64,000 nucleotides of DNA from Camelus dromedarius (Eukaryota), in assembly GCF_036321535.1 (NCBI RefSeq), contig NC_087436.1, forward strand, positions 59,274,001 to 59,338,000. The letters run 5' to 3'. A program made the translations under genes and the position numbers. The notes under the pieces are model-generated. The model did no database searches, was not told the DNA's origin, and saw only the letters and a list, made by a program, of their open reading frames with translations. Within the stretch, counting starts at the first letter, position 1, and each line of letters opens with the position of its first letter. Shown piece after piece: positions 12,411 through 26,559 of the stretch.

Positions 12411-15400
12411 ACATAGGATAAAGTTTGTATTTCACTGCAAAAGACAAGGCAGCTCATGTTCTAGGCCCTCTGTGATCTCCCATGTCTCTTTCCCTAAACA
12501 CAATAGCCCAGCCACACCACACTACCGAGCTCATTCATCATCTCATATCATTCTGTTTTTCCTTGTCACTATATTTGCTTTTACTTTGCCACTGTCACCC
12601 TTCTTTCTACCTGGAAAATTTCTAATTCTTTATTAAAAGTCAACTCAAGTGTACTTTCTTAATGAAGCTTTTATTCCAACACCCAGGGAGAGTTGTAGTA
12701 TCTCTTTGAAATAATATTTTCTCCAGGCATGGTACCTATCTTCAAGGAACTTATAGTTTAACAGGAAATAGAGAAAAGAACGTAACAAATCCAGCGCTCC
12801 TGTGTAAATTTGTAAAGAAAGAAAAAGTAGTGAAGATACGAAAACATACAGAATGGGCAGGTGGCCCAGACACTGGGAATAATAAGAGGGTCTCAGAAAG
12901 ACTGGCATCTGAGCAAGGCATAGGATATATGAAAAGAAAGAAGATGGAAGGTGTGGGAAAAAGGATATTTTAGGCATATCTTCCTATGTATTTCATCTGC
13001 TATATAATTTATCCCTATATATAATTTTGTTTATATGTGTCTCCCACCCATAACACCTCCCAAATAAGCTACTAAGTCTGCAATCTCTCTTTTTTCATCA
13101 TAACTAGCTCAGAATTGATATACAGTAGTATCCAGTCTAGATGTGTGAAATGTAGAAATAAAAAATAACCAAATCGGGTCCTAAAGATAAATCACTGACA
13201 TGGAGTGTAGAGAAGGGGGCAATTCCAAGAAAGATTTAGCAGTTTGAAATGATGGGGCTGGTAGAGGGACTTCCCATGGAGAGCAAGCACGGTGGAGGCA
13301 CGTTCAAGGATGTTCCTCCCTAGCCTGCTGCCTGGTGAGGTGGAAATGCAATGGTGGAAGGGAACCATGTTTAGGGTTTAGAATTTGAGATGCTCGTGAG
13401 GCTTTCAGGTTTCATTCAGGAATGTCAGTGTTCCCTTACAATTCTGCTGTGTGTTCAGAAAAATGACTTTTATCTCATCAGGTTTTAACTCATCTCGATA
13501 GTCACTCACCTAGTGCAGTTCTTGATTAATAATTGACTTAAATTTTTTGACTTACTAACTAATGAATCTAACAATTAGATGCCAAAAGAAAACTTCTTTA
13601 ATATTTTTATTTCCCTTGGAACATTAAATAAACCCTATTTTCTCAAATAAAATATCAGGATCAGTAAATAATACTTTAAACTTCTTTTATGTGGGTGTGT
13701 GTCCTCAGGGCATATTACATATGGTTGGGTAAGTTAATTTAGGACAACACAATACAACTGTCTGAATCACCGTTGTTTAGAGGTGAATAATACATTGCTA
13801 AGCCAAATGCTTTTCTAATTTGACTAGCTTACTGAGACTGTGGGTACATTCTAGCACAAGTTTCCAAAAAGAGAAAGCTGAACTAAACACAAATTTGCAT
13901 TTAAAACGTTACTATCACAGCAGAGCTCATAAATATATAACTAATAGCTCACCAAGTTCCAGAGTCTAAAGCTTAACATTTTAGACACTGCCATCAGGCT
14001 TAAAATTTCCCACCAAGATAATTTCAGAATTTAACCCACAGGTAAAATACACTTATTACCTTTTGCCCGTACAACATTTTCTTTATTTCATAAATATATT
14101 TAAGAACCACATTTACTCACATAATGGTTACTTTCATATAATCACAAACTTATTTTAAGAGTAAGAGAAAACAGGTCAATAATACCTGTATAAAGTTCAC
14201 AGAACCCAGTTAGTTGCCTTAGGCAACGTTAAAAAGAAGCAGGTTCTATAAATAACTCATATTTATTTCAAGGGACAGGTCTCAGTCTCGATGGCTGAAT
14301 TACTCCAGAAACTACACATGGATATTGGGAGTGTAAAGAAGCAGAGGCAGACAGAATGGCCGGATATGGAGCCAAGTAAACATTTATTCTTTGTCTTTTA
14401 TCCTGTGCCAAAATAGCTACCTACAGTCCTTAGCTGTTGACATTTGGAAAAGCTTAGGATCTGAAAACGTGAAGTAAAATGAGTTGTCAAACTCATGTGC
14501 GTAAAGTAAGTGTGTCAAAGTAAAAACTTGACACAAAGTCTTTAATTCCTTAAAACCAATTTACTTACTTTGGAGAAGAGTAACCAGTCAAGCAGGGTAT
14601 TTCTCCCTCCCTTTCATTTACTCATAATTTATTTGGCATTCCTTAAGGTCTCCAGCATCTTTTCATGAATATAAAATGAGAAAGACTCCTGTGACACACA
14701 AAACACTGTTTTCACTCTTTACCCTAGAACTCTAGATAAACTTGGTAATCTCAGAGATCCAAGATGAATTAGGTGGTCTGCCTTACTGTATTTAATTCAT
14801 CCTGTGAACTCCTCGAATGCTTCAGTTGTCTCTACTCTGATCAGGACTCCTCAGACCTACCTCAGCCCACAAATCCGTCTTATTTCCAGGATAAGGTACT
14901 GCAGGACAGCAGCTCTGCGTGCTCTATTGGGCGCCATTTGCAAGGTAGTCAAACCCACACTCTCTCTTCACTAGCAAGTACCACTTCTGAGTTTATCGTC
15001 TCATAGTGTCTGCACTGTTTTAATATAGCCAGGTTCCTGTTTGGAGATAAGTAAAGGTACAGTAAAAGTAGGCCACCATTACAATGTTTTACCCTATATC
15101 TATATAGGTTCTGGGAAATAGTTTGCTGATGTAACTGACCAGCAGTTAGACGCTTAGTCTAACTGAGAATGCCTGAAAGCAAGCTGTCTTCCTGAAGCTC
15201 TGCTGGTTAGATAAGCACACAAAGAAAACCAGGTTGAATAATTTGACCAAAATGCATGGTTCATATCATTTGAGAGATTTCTCTTACAAAAATGGTAAAC
15301 TTAATCACAGATCAAGAATATCAGGGAAGAAATACCAGGGCCACACTTGTGCGCATTCCTTCATAAACCTTATTTTTAACAGTACTATTGAATTTAAAAA

Positions 15401-15722
15401 TATTTGTTATCTCTTAATAGATACAACTTGCTTAATTTATCTTAGAGGATGTGAAGGAAATATAGGTCATTCATCAGTTTAATTTGCAAGGAAAGAAAAG
15501 CAGTGGAATAAACTCTGTTCCTCACTTTTTTATATTATAGATTTAAAGTAACATAGCAGTAATTCTAGATGCTTTTTAGTTGATATGTTAGAAATGACTT
15601 TACTGATTGAATACTTAAGCTACTTTCTTACACTTTAATATTAGCTGGTGTTTATTACTTTGCTTTTGTTATGCAAAATAGATTTAAAACAAACATTCAT
15701 TTCTATTAAATCTGTAAACTTT

Positions 15723-15955
15723 GCCAAGGGGGCAGAGGGTGGGAAGGGATAGATGGGATTTCAAAACTGTAGAACAGATAAACAAGATTATACTGTATAG
15801 CACAGGGAATATACACAAGATCTTATGGTAGCTCACAGAGAAAAAAATGTGACAGTGAATATATATATGTTCATGTATAACTGAAAAATTGTGCTCTACA
15901 CTGGAATTTGACACAACATTGTAAGATGATAACAAATCAATAAAAAAGGTTTAAA
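15723..15955 (+). mobile_element. 5'-truncated lineage-specific L1 3' end
   Basis: gattatactgtatagcacagggaatatacacaagatc...gtgctctacactggaatttgacacaacattg, then AATAAA and an A tail. 15-bp TSD aaatctgtaaacttt (15708-15722) / aaatgtgtaaacttt (15956-15970). Confidence 0.9.
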
Positions 15956-17574
15956 AAATGTGTAAACTTTCATGAAATAACAAGACAAAAAATGTTTTCT
16001 CTAAAACCATTGATCTAATTAGTGGTTCTAATGTTTGGTGCTATGAAGTACCACTCTATTACCACCTACCCTTAGTTCCAAAATGAGCTTTACACATTCA
16101 GTATTTACCTGCTGAACTTATTTAAAGCCGTATAGGTACTGACTTAATAGAATACAGAGCTGCAGTAAGTCTTTCTAAAGGAATTGCCAAACTGATCTAT
16201 CTACCTTTAACAATGATTTGAAATAGATTATTGTTATTGGCCATACTTAGACACTTAGTCTAATGATAGTCTTGAGATATTTAAAAATAATTACCTCTCA
16301 ATACATTTTAGCCTCATTTACTTTGCTAGCAGTATTTATAATATTTCATAATTTATTAAACCTTCCATTTCAATGCTTTGTATTTTTCCCCTGAAAACCT
16401 TCATATTATTGTAAGGCTAAACTCTCAAAATCTAAATATAATATTAAATGTTCTTCAAGTACTGGAAACAAGTAGACCAGATGGTTTTTGAGGTTAGGAT
16501 CCCCTTATTTTGAGAGACTATATGATCTCAGAATGGAGGTACACTTTTTCTGAGGTCATCACCATGAAGTATCTCAGCTACTATACTAATCATGGATCAT
16601 AAGAACCCCATTCAATTTACTAACAAAATCTTTCAGATCCAAGCACCTTGCAAATGTATTGAAAGAAAAATCAAAGGAAGAAAAAAAAAATGTCAAGTTT
16701 CTAGTCAGTCTGCAAACTCATTTAGTTGACTCTCCCTCAGCACCAGCTGTAACCCAATTAAATTCAACAGTGCACAGGTGTTCACAAGAATGACTAACAC
16801 GAAAGCATACTTCCCTTCAGGGCTCTTAAAAAATTAGAGTGCTTTAATTTCTATACACCTTCAAAACCAAAACCAAACAATAAAATATTGGGGGGAAAAG
16901 AAATTAGATACAGCAGGGGAAAAACACAATCAGCATGAGCTATAACCCAATTAAGCTGAATAGCACTCAGGTGTTTGCAAGAGCACACTTGCTTCAAATT
17001 TTACCATCACAAATCAAATTTCTCTAGCATCTCTTAAGATTAATGACAAATATTCATTTGTCTTAAAGTTATTTTTTGATGATAGTTTTCTGAATCTGGA
17101 TCCTTAAAAGTAGATTTCATTATAAAATATAATGTAGTGAAAATAAATACAGATTTTTATCTAAATATTCCATCACGGGCATTTAACATTTAGAAGTACC
17201 TGTTTTAGTTCAGCAAGAGCTACTCAATATAGATTTTAATTTTTACTGATATTCTCTGAATTTCATGTATAATGCAGAAAGTACTCCACTTTTTTCTGAA
17301 AAGAATCCAACAAATTTGGAGTGTCTTTTCTAATTTTGATTAATTATTTTAAACTCAAGATTTTCTATGTTAGAAAGAAATAGTTGAATAGACAGTTCCC
17401 TATCATGTGTCATTTAATGTCTGTTTAGAATATCAGTAATATCAATACCCAGATTTAGGAGTCAACTTCTTTTAATGTGAAAATGTTAAGGCTGTTGGCC
17501 CTATCCATGATTCAGATTTCCTGGGCAGAAATAATTTCGTGCTCATTTTAATAGAAAATTATAAATTATTCACT

Positions 17575-17775
17575 CCATTGGTTTGCAAAATGTGATCTTG
17601 ATCTCAAACCGGCAGCATCAACAAAACTTGAAAAATTTTTAGACTTGCATTATCTCACCCCTCATATCAGAGAGCTGAATCAAACACTCCAGGATGGCAT
17701 CAAGCAATCAATATATTTATTGCATTAAACAAGCCCTTTGGTGATTCTAATGCACTCAAATTAGAGAATCACTGG
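17575..17775. mobile_element. MER5-family hAT-Charlie MITE
   Basis: ccggcagcatca...ctgaatcaaacactcc...aacaagccctttggtgattctaatgcac...agagaatcactgg matches the MER5A layout. Confidence 0.7.
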
Positions 17776-17833
17776 TTTCTTCTATGTCTGCCTCTTAATA
17801 TACTACAAAAATGTGGCAAACTCCTATTTATAC

Positions 17834-18102
17834 TGTAAACAAAATAATAAACAGAAACATCAGTTAAACAGAGCCAGGAAACATTCAAGGAGAGCTTTCA
17901 CACTCTGCCACAATAGCATAGCCCAAGAGGAAGAAGAAAGGCTTCCTCTAATTGCCTGGCAAGAGCTCAGCCAATGAGAGACTGTCACAACTCAGCCAAT
18001 TTCAAGTCACTATGCTTCAAATTCTCAGTTCTTCCAGTGGACTCTTTATTAAAGCCCTCCCAACTTCCTTTTTCACCTCTCGAAGAGTTCTCCTTCCCTG
18101 TG

Positions 18103-18155
<53 letters not shown>

Positions 18156-18269
18156 GACTTGCATATGACTCACCATGGTTGCAGACCTCAAAATGTAATT
18201 TTTTGCTAATCTCAAAAACCTATTTTTAGTAGGAGAATTAACAGGCAATCTTTTTGTCTTAGGTCAACA
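17834..18269 (+). mobile_element. ERV1-type solo LTR containing a GT microsatellite
   Basis: TG...CA termini (tgtaaac...ggtcaaca), two ctcagccaat CCAAT boxes and an LTR-like U5 end. No clean TSD seen. Confidence 0.65.
18105..18152. repeat. (GT)24 microsatellite
   Basis: Perfect 48-bp GT run read directly from the sequence. Confidence 0.97.
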
Positions 18270-21200
18270 GCATTGTGATGACCTATGAAATAAGTCAGAA
18301 CATACAAGTTTATTATCATTTACCCATCCCCATAGTAATGTCTAAATATAAACAAATTCCAAATTCTCTAGCAAAACACATGCTTGCTTCATATGTAATC
18401 ACTGTGTAATGATGCAATTAAGCTAATGTAACTCTAAATGAAAAACTCAGCTATTCATACAATTATTATTTGAAACATCCCTATTACATATATAAATATG
18501 GATCAGTTATGTTATGCTCAATAGTTTCATCTTGGACTGCACTGTACAATTGCTAGAAATCTTTATGAAATTAGTTGTATAATTTAATTTGAAGTTACTC
18601 CTGTCCAAGTTCATATAGAAAAGAAGTAGATATCACAAAGAAACAAAAGAGAAAATAATTTAATTTGTATAGTAAATTTGTGTGTGTGTATTTAATATTG
18701 CCAATTAATTTGGTTAATTTAGCCTACTATATTTTCTTTATTATTAGTAACCTTTAAACTTGATCATTATTAATATCTACAAATTAGTACATAATTTTTG
18801 CATTTCTTTACACAGCTCTACTATAACATAGATAATTAGTAAGGAAATGACTTTGTGAGTGGTGGAACATAACTATTGGTACTGAAATAATAAACACATT
18901 TCTGAGACTAAGTAGGGGAAATCAGAGTGATAAAAAGACTACATGGCCAAAGATCTAAACTGAATTATATACACTAGAAAAGATATACATGTATAAAGGA
19001 AAAGTTAATTCTCATTCATTTTCAGAAAGACAATTATATCCCAATTATATAGACAATTATATATTTGAATTTCATCTTCTCTTTTATTCATGAGGAAAAT
19101 ATATCTAGTTTCTTCTGCATGCTATTTTGTCAAATAACACCAGTAATTTAGTTAGGAATTACATCAATGAAAAAAATGTAAACTCACATTCATTTGAATT
19201 TTAAAATGTTGTATAAACACAGTTAAAATTTTTGTTATTTATAATTTATTTATAATAAGCAAGGAGTGTAAAATTAAACAAGTATCATTCTTATTTATCA
19301 TCTAGTATAATGTAGTTAATGATATATATCCTTAGAAAATATTTTCAGAATTGTTTTATGATAAACTCCTGATAAATGTGTTTTTATATCCAGGAAAACT
19401 TACTTATTCTAGAAATCAGCTTCTGAAATCAAGGTAAACAGCATTAGTCATCTGATTCTTTCCTTACTGATAACTCTTTTTTTTTTTTTTGGCAGCTTTC
19501 TATAGTAATTTCCCTCTTCCTAGAAAGTGCAGACAATCTATCAAAATATAAATAATTAACAAATATTTTAGGAAACTCTCCTCAGTTTCTAGAGATTCAT
19601 AATATGCTGGCAGCATAAAAATCACTGGTAAATCTTAACTGGATGGCAACATGGAGGGTGTAGATGTTCCCATGCAACGAAAATAAAAAGCACTATAAGC
19701 TTTGAATAAATCCAATAAAATGATTCTTATCACTAACTGTATATTGATTTCACATTACACATATGAAATCATATATAATATATATAAATATACTAGCATA
19801 GCACAACCATATGTATATAAGCAACCATTTGACATGTATCATCACCAATATGCCAAAGAGAACCCCACTTAACAGACACCATGGTTGATGCTGGAAATAT
19901 AGGAATGAGCCAGACAAATATGGCTGCTGACTTCTTGGAACTTAGATTATGGTGAGTAACAGTCATATTCCAAGATAACTAGTGCAGCAGATCATTCAAA
20001 ACTAACTGATATACCAACACTTAAAGAAGTGCATAGTAAATATATGTAAGTTGGTTTTGCCTTGAGCAAAGCAGAATGAATGAACTAATGAATCCAATGA
20101 AGGAAACCATGAGACATGTGTTGATAGCTAAAAGTAACAGTTGTACTATGGGGAAGAATTTGCTTATTTTTCAACTCCCATATGAGGTAGTATTCGCAGA
20201 AACTTTAAATAAGTCTAAGTAGATTAGTAAGTTAGAATAGAAAGACATTAGCAGAATTTTGTAGATGGAATTTAAGAAATATGGAAGATAATGCCAAAAT
20301 AACTATGTAATTTTAATTAATACAAATCATAATTTAAGCAGAAGTAACAAACCTAATTAATGCCTTATCATCCAAATTCTTAATTAGTGGGATAATCCTA
20401 TCTTTATTTAATTAAATGAAATTATTAAGCATCCTTCATGTTTCTTTGATGGTCAAATTTTATATAAATAATTAACTCAGTAATATAAAGTTAATATTAT
20501 GTCATTGAAAATAAATATGCTGATACATAGTTCAAAAGCAAGAAAAAGTGTAAATAACTTAGCATCTATTTTTAGGTCCACTTTTAAATCACTGTTACCC
20601 TATAATTACTTTCTTGTCTTTTTGTTTTCTCAGTACAATATCAGAGACACATAATAGAATAAAGTTATTAACATTTTAATATTAGAAGTATTAAGTGAAC
20701 TCCTAAAGTATTAGGGTATTGTCCTAAATATTAATGTTTCTATGAATATTAATACTGAAGTTAAAGATAAGATAAACCTGAAAATGTCAAAGAAGAAAGC
20801 GTAATTTTGTGGGAAAAAGATTATGCAAGGAATACTTTTTAAAATAGGGAATCTGAGAAATTCTTCAGCCTCTCTTTCAGTTTGCTTTTACACAGAAACA
20901 GTTAAAAAGAGATCATGTATCTTTCTACATCCTTTTCTGATATCTACAGATATATGTTAACAGGAGCTGATGTGTCCTTTACTTGAAAATAGATGTGTAA
21001 CACTGATATATGATTGAAATGCCTTATAGAAATCAGGGTGATCGGGTAGGGAAGAACTTAAAGATGGAAGAAGGTTCAGAAAATGGTCATAAGATCCAGG
21101 TGTACTATACAAGAACAAAATAAATATGGTTTAAAAATTGGATGAAATTATTAAGTACTTAAGTATAGGGCTTGAATGCTATACCACTTCTAATTTAGGT

Positions 21201-23009
21201 AACTTCTACTAGTTAGAAGCTTTTTAAAAAGTTAATGCAAATGAAAGAAATTATTTTAGTTCATTTATGTGTTTGATATATAAACATATACTATTTTAGT
21301 TTTTCTTCTCTTACCTAGATCAAAAGATATATATATTCATTAATTACCAAAGATTTAAGGACATATAGGAAGTTATCTAACACCTATTTAAATATAAGTG
21401 TATGGCTTTAAAATAACACATGTTTAAACTTGTCGTTGCTTCACCACTGGTATAGAATATTGTTCTGCATATTATAACTCATTATGGTAATGTTTTTGCT
21501 CTTATGATCATATGCAGCACAATCATAATTAGAAGAATAATGCATCATATAAATCTCAGTGTGTATGTTGGCAATGTTTACCATTGCTTAAAAGAAGGAA
21601 TCCACAGCTATCCCTATTTAATCATGGTCTTCATTTCAATCCCCCTGAACATAATCACATCACTGTTGCATAGGTGTTCAGTAAAGTGAATTCTAGACAC
21701 ATGGACTTAGTCATCACCACTATGAGAGGAGAATTTTTAGTAATGTGTTTAAACAGCCTTTCTGAGAGCACAGAAATTTATGGATGGACTGCTACATTGT
21801 TTCAACAACCAGCTTATGCATGCACACACTCCAAAAGTGATTCTTGTATTATTTATGGAAGCATTTTGTTTGCACATACCCATATTTATTCACTTTTAAA
21901 GTTGTGGATATAAGCAAACAAACATAAAGAAGAAGATTTTCTTAAGAGATATTTCTTTTTAGGCATTGGAGATGTGGCACCATTTCTTAAAAAGTGCACT
22001 TTAAACAAAGTGTTTACCAAACCAATTTTGGACAGATAAAACTGATCCATTTTAACACTTATCCAAATACACTGTATCATTAATTAGGAATTTAATAAAA
22101 TATATAATCAAATTAAGAAACGATCACCATTTCTGTTGAGAGAATTACTTTCAATAATCTTTTTTAAAATTACAATTTATTATAAATATAACTCTACCAT
22201 TAACATATATTTATTCAACATCTACTACAGCGTGGGCTCTAATTTCAGTCCACTGATGAAAAGAGATTCAACTATATTCACTGAGCTCAACTCACAACTA
22301 CATGAAGAAGTAAAGTAAAAGAATAATTATAAATAATATAACAATACCATGTGAATGCAAGAGATCTATATTCTAGAGAAAAAGAAGTGACCACAAAGAA
22401 TGAGACAGTCCTTGAAAAAAAAGGTGTAAAGTTAAAAATCATAGGGAGAAGGGAGATGATTTCAGGCATAATAAACAGTGGGAATGAAGGTGTAAGTGAG
22501 AAATCAACAGACGAGCACTGAGGGATGAGCACGCTAGTTCTCCATGAAAGATTGGTATTTAGGGGTAGTGGACGATAAGAAGTCTCTGAGCAGAAAATGT
22601 AATGTGGTATTTTTTTGAAGATTAACCTAACAGGGATCTATTAACTGGATGTTCAATGGAGCAGGTTGTTAGTAAGTGAGGAGCAGGAGTTGGGGGAAGA
22701 AACAGGAGGCTGTTACAAAACCTCCGGAGTAAAAGGCCTTGGACTAAGGTAAAAGCTGTGAGAGGAATGAGTGGATAAAGAGGTCTTCTGCAAGTAGGAT
22801 CCAAGGACTTTCCAGTCTATTCAACTTGAGAGAACATTCAAGGATACACAATGTCTAAAGAGGTAAATAAACAACATAACGGAGCTGCAGAGATGACACG
22901 AGGGCTCAACAACTCCACATTAAGTTGAGACAGTTTTGGAATCTTTAAATAAAACTAGTCACAATATATCTCAGACTCCTCTATCCTTTCTGTCTCAAGT
23001 AAGTATAAG

Positions 23010-23225
23010 TCTCATTCATTTATTCAGATCATTTAATACTAATATTTACTTGAATTCTGTTATGTTCCAGGCAAACACTAGGTTCTAAGAATACAAAGAT
23101 TATAAAACATAACATTTGCTTTCATGGATTTCATTGGCAAGTGATAGACCAGAGACATTAGCAAATACTTATATCACAATAAGTGATTAATAGAAATATA
23201 CAGAAGGTGCTCTGGGAATCTGTTC
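23010..23225 (-). mobile_element. L2 3' end
   Basis: ttcatttattca...tatttacttgaattctgttatgttccaggcaaacactaggttctaagaatacaaag is the reverse complement of the L2 tail. Confidence 0.7.
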
Positions 23226-23299
23226 ACTGAAGGACCCTAGAAGCAAATATGTATTTATACATGTGAATATACTTGTATATTGTCTATAAATAATCACAA

Positions 23300-25090
23300 T
23301 ATATATCATATATGAATGATAACTTTAATGCCAATCTATTTCATGGGGTCTTTCCTTATGTTTCTCTATTTTCTATTGTTATCTCCCATCTTCCAAATTA
23401 CACATAAAATAATCTCAGAATTTCAGTACTACTTCAACACTAATATAAGCAAATTCCCTAAAAAAGCTTTTTTATCGACTACTCCTTCACGTCATGGGGA
23501 CAACAATATAGTCAAATACAAAGTCAAAAGTTACTCAAATTAGCTTTTTATTTTATTTTGAAATTTTATCTTTCAATTTGCTTATGCTATTCATATGACT
23601 ACAACTGTGTTTTAGGTTTTTTCACTCCACATCTTTACTTATACATCCATTTATTCAAATCATTGTATTTATTGTTTGAATATATAGAACATTACCCTCC
23701 ATCTAAAAGTGAAAACTATAAAGAAAAGTATACTCAGAAGTATCACTCCCTCCCCTATTCCTCCTAGGCCACATTCCATCCACTTGTACTGACTCAGCCT
23801 TCACATATTTCTTTTTATTCGAATAAGCAGATATGGTTGGCCCTCTTTATCTGCAGTTTCCACATCCATGGATTCAACTAACAGCAGACTGAAAGTACTC
23901 AGGAAAAAAAAGGAACTTTCCAGAAAGTTCCAAACAGCCAAACTTGAATTTGCTGTACGTAGGCAACTATTGACATTGCATTTACACTGTATTAAGTATT
24001 TTAAGTAATCTAGAGATGATGTAAAATATTAGGGAGGATGTGCTTCCATCATATGCAAATACACCATTTTATATAAGGGACATGAGCATCCTTGAATTTT
24101 AGTATCCAAGGTGGGATTCCCAGAACTAGTGCCCTGCGGATACCAAGGAATGACTGTGCTTTTTATTTACTTCCTCTTTTCTTTTTTTAACTTCAAAGTT
24201 AACAATATATATTCTCTCTTGAATTTTGCTTTTCCACTTAACATTATTATTGGAAAATCACACCACACCAGTTCATGGATATCTTTTTCATTCTTTTTTA
24301 CAAATACCTAAAGCTCCATTGTATGTATTTATCATAGTTTATTCAACTAATTGCCTATGTTTGAATATTTTAATAATTTCTAATATTTTATAACTACAGA
24401 TAATGCTTCAATGAATAATCTTGTATGTATGTATCTTTGAAAGTCTGGGCATGTATCTTCAGGACAAATTCCTAGAATTAGGTTTGCTGGATTGAAAGAT
24501 AAATGCCCATGTAGTTTTCTTAGATACGGCCAAATTCCTTTCCATATTTTTTTTTTTTTTTACCAATTTTTAATTCTCACCTGCAACGTATGAGAATGTC
24601 TGTTTTCTCACAATTTTGCCAGTGTATTTTTAACTTTTTTGAAGTTTTGCCAATATCATGGGTATCTCAATATAGTTTTACTTTTCATTTCTCTTTTTAT
24701 GAATAAAGTTGAATCTTTTTACATATTTTAGAGCAGTTTTGAAATCATTTGGGGAAATTCTCTATTTATACCTTTTGTGAATATCTTCTCCCAATTTTTG
24801 TCTTTTGACATAGGGTGAATTTTGTCACACACAAGTTTTTATTTCTATCTAGTGAAATTTAGCCATCTTTAATTTTATTACATTTGAATACTGAATCAAT
24901 TTAGAATGCATTTCCTTACACCCAGATTCCATAGGAATATGCCCTTGTTTTCTTCTAGAATGTATCATTTCATTATTTACACTTAGTTCTCTGATTCATT
25001 TTGAGTTTATACTTATGCATGGTGTGAGGAATGTATCTAATTTTATCTTACTCCAAATGATAATCTGTTATCCTAAAAGCATTTATTCCA
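23300..25090 (-). mobile_element. Old L1 (L1M-type) 3' region and ORF2 end, interrupted by MER2
   Basis: T-rich antisense L1 phrases: ctccattgtatgtatttatcatagtttattcaac, aattctcacctgcaacgtatgagaatgtctgtttt, tatagttttacttttcatttctc, gcatggtgtgaggaatgtatctaattttatc. Left boundary is uncertain. Confidence 0.75.
23834..24156. mobile_element. MER2-like TcMar-Tigger DNA transposon
   Basis: gttggccctctttatctgcagtttccacatccatggattcaac...aagtaatctagagatgat...ccattttatataagggacatgagcatcc...gcggataccaaggaatgactg, with degenerate TIRs. Confidence 0.85.
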
Positions 25091-25821
25091 AAAATTTTTT
25101 TTGATTATTTCCAAATCATTTCAGAAACATACTTGCTATCATATTGCATTCTAATCTCAAGAAATATACAATAGAAACATTTATTGATTTTTTTTAAAGA
25201 TGCTAATTGCTACCTCATTTACTTTAGCAGTTTCCAAAAAGTAAGATAGGTTACCCGCAATACATTTCCAACAACTATAGCTTCACTGAGCCAACCTACA
25301 AATATTTTTTATAGACCTAGGTATTATGTTTTCCATCCTCCAGAAAAAAATCCAATTTCACATCATTTATTTACAGTGACTCATTGGGATTCTCTCCCAC
25401 AAAAGAATAAATTAACCAGCAATAGTTAGGGCAAATATCCATTATACAGCAGTTGGAAACTTGAACAAAAAATTTTACTTTAGCTACAGCAACTAGAACA
25501 GGAATAGATTACCCACTGTGAGCCAAAGCTGGTTCTTTAACAAAAACTGTATGTTCCCTCACTCACCCTCCATAATCTTCCTGCGGCAATTTGGGGATTT
25601 TAAAATTGAGTCTAATCCTGAGATCCATTACAGACATTTGTACTCTTTGTGACTTATAAATGTGAAAATCACTCTGCATGGTGCCTGATAGTTGTCCCTC
25701 AAGATGACAACAATTTCCTATAATGTAACAATAAGAAATATTCAGGTTATGCTCCTTTACCTTCTCTCTGTGTATTTTAACCTTGTCCCCCATTTTCAAA
25801 TAGGAACATATAAAGTATAAT

Positions 25822-25925
25822 GGGGATTAGCAAACTTTTTCTTTTATAGAACAAGATAGTAAGTATTTATGGTTTCTATCTTAAACTCCTCAACTCTGCA
25901 GTTGTAGCCCCAAAGCAGCAGTAGT
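25822..25925. mobile_element. MER58-like hAT fragment
   Basis: ggggattagcaaactttttct...agatagtaagtattt...ctcaactctgcagttgtagccccaaagcagc. Confidence 0.6.
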
Positions 25926-26559
25926 TGGTTCTAAAAGATAAAACTAAACTATTTGTCCTGAGCTGTTTTAAAGTTTCAGTATTGTCTATATCATAGAATA
26001 GCTCCAGTAAAATTTAATTTATTGAAACAGAATCATAAATTCAAAGAATCTGCTCCAATATTGAGGTATTTAAAAGGAGTAATGTCTGGGTAGATACAAA
26101 TAAACATCTCATATTTGGTATCATATTGTTTTAATCTACTGCCTTTAACAGTCAGGTGTCCCTGAAAAAAACTTGAGGTAACATTAAGAGAAAGGATTAG
26201 CGGAAAAAAGAGAGAAAGAGAGACAGAGACAGAGAGAAAGAGAGAAAGAAATGGTTAGAGAAGTTTGAAGAATTAACTAGTGGGCTCTCTCAGATGAAGA
26301 ATGTCTTTAAAAAGTTCAACACACAGTTACTATCTGATTGGACTTTGTACTCATCCTCAGTAAGTGAATATTCTTTATCATTTGCAACAGAATGAAATGT
26401 CTGGGCACTGGGAGAAGGTGGCTTACAACATTTTCTTCCCTATTTGCCACAATCACATACACAAAATCCTATTTTTTTTCCTATATGAATTTATATAAAG
26501 TTCCAAACAGCAAATAAAAAAGATCTCAAAGCAAAAGTACAAAAGGTTTCAATGTTTGT

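Noticed and set aside
17952..18248. ORFs with CVCVCV / THTHTH repeats
   Set aside because: Translations of the (GT)n microsatellite.
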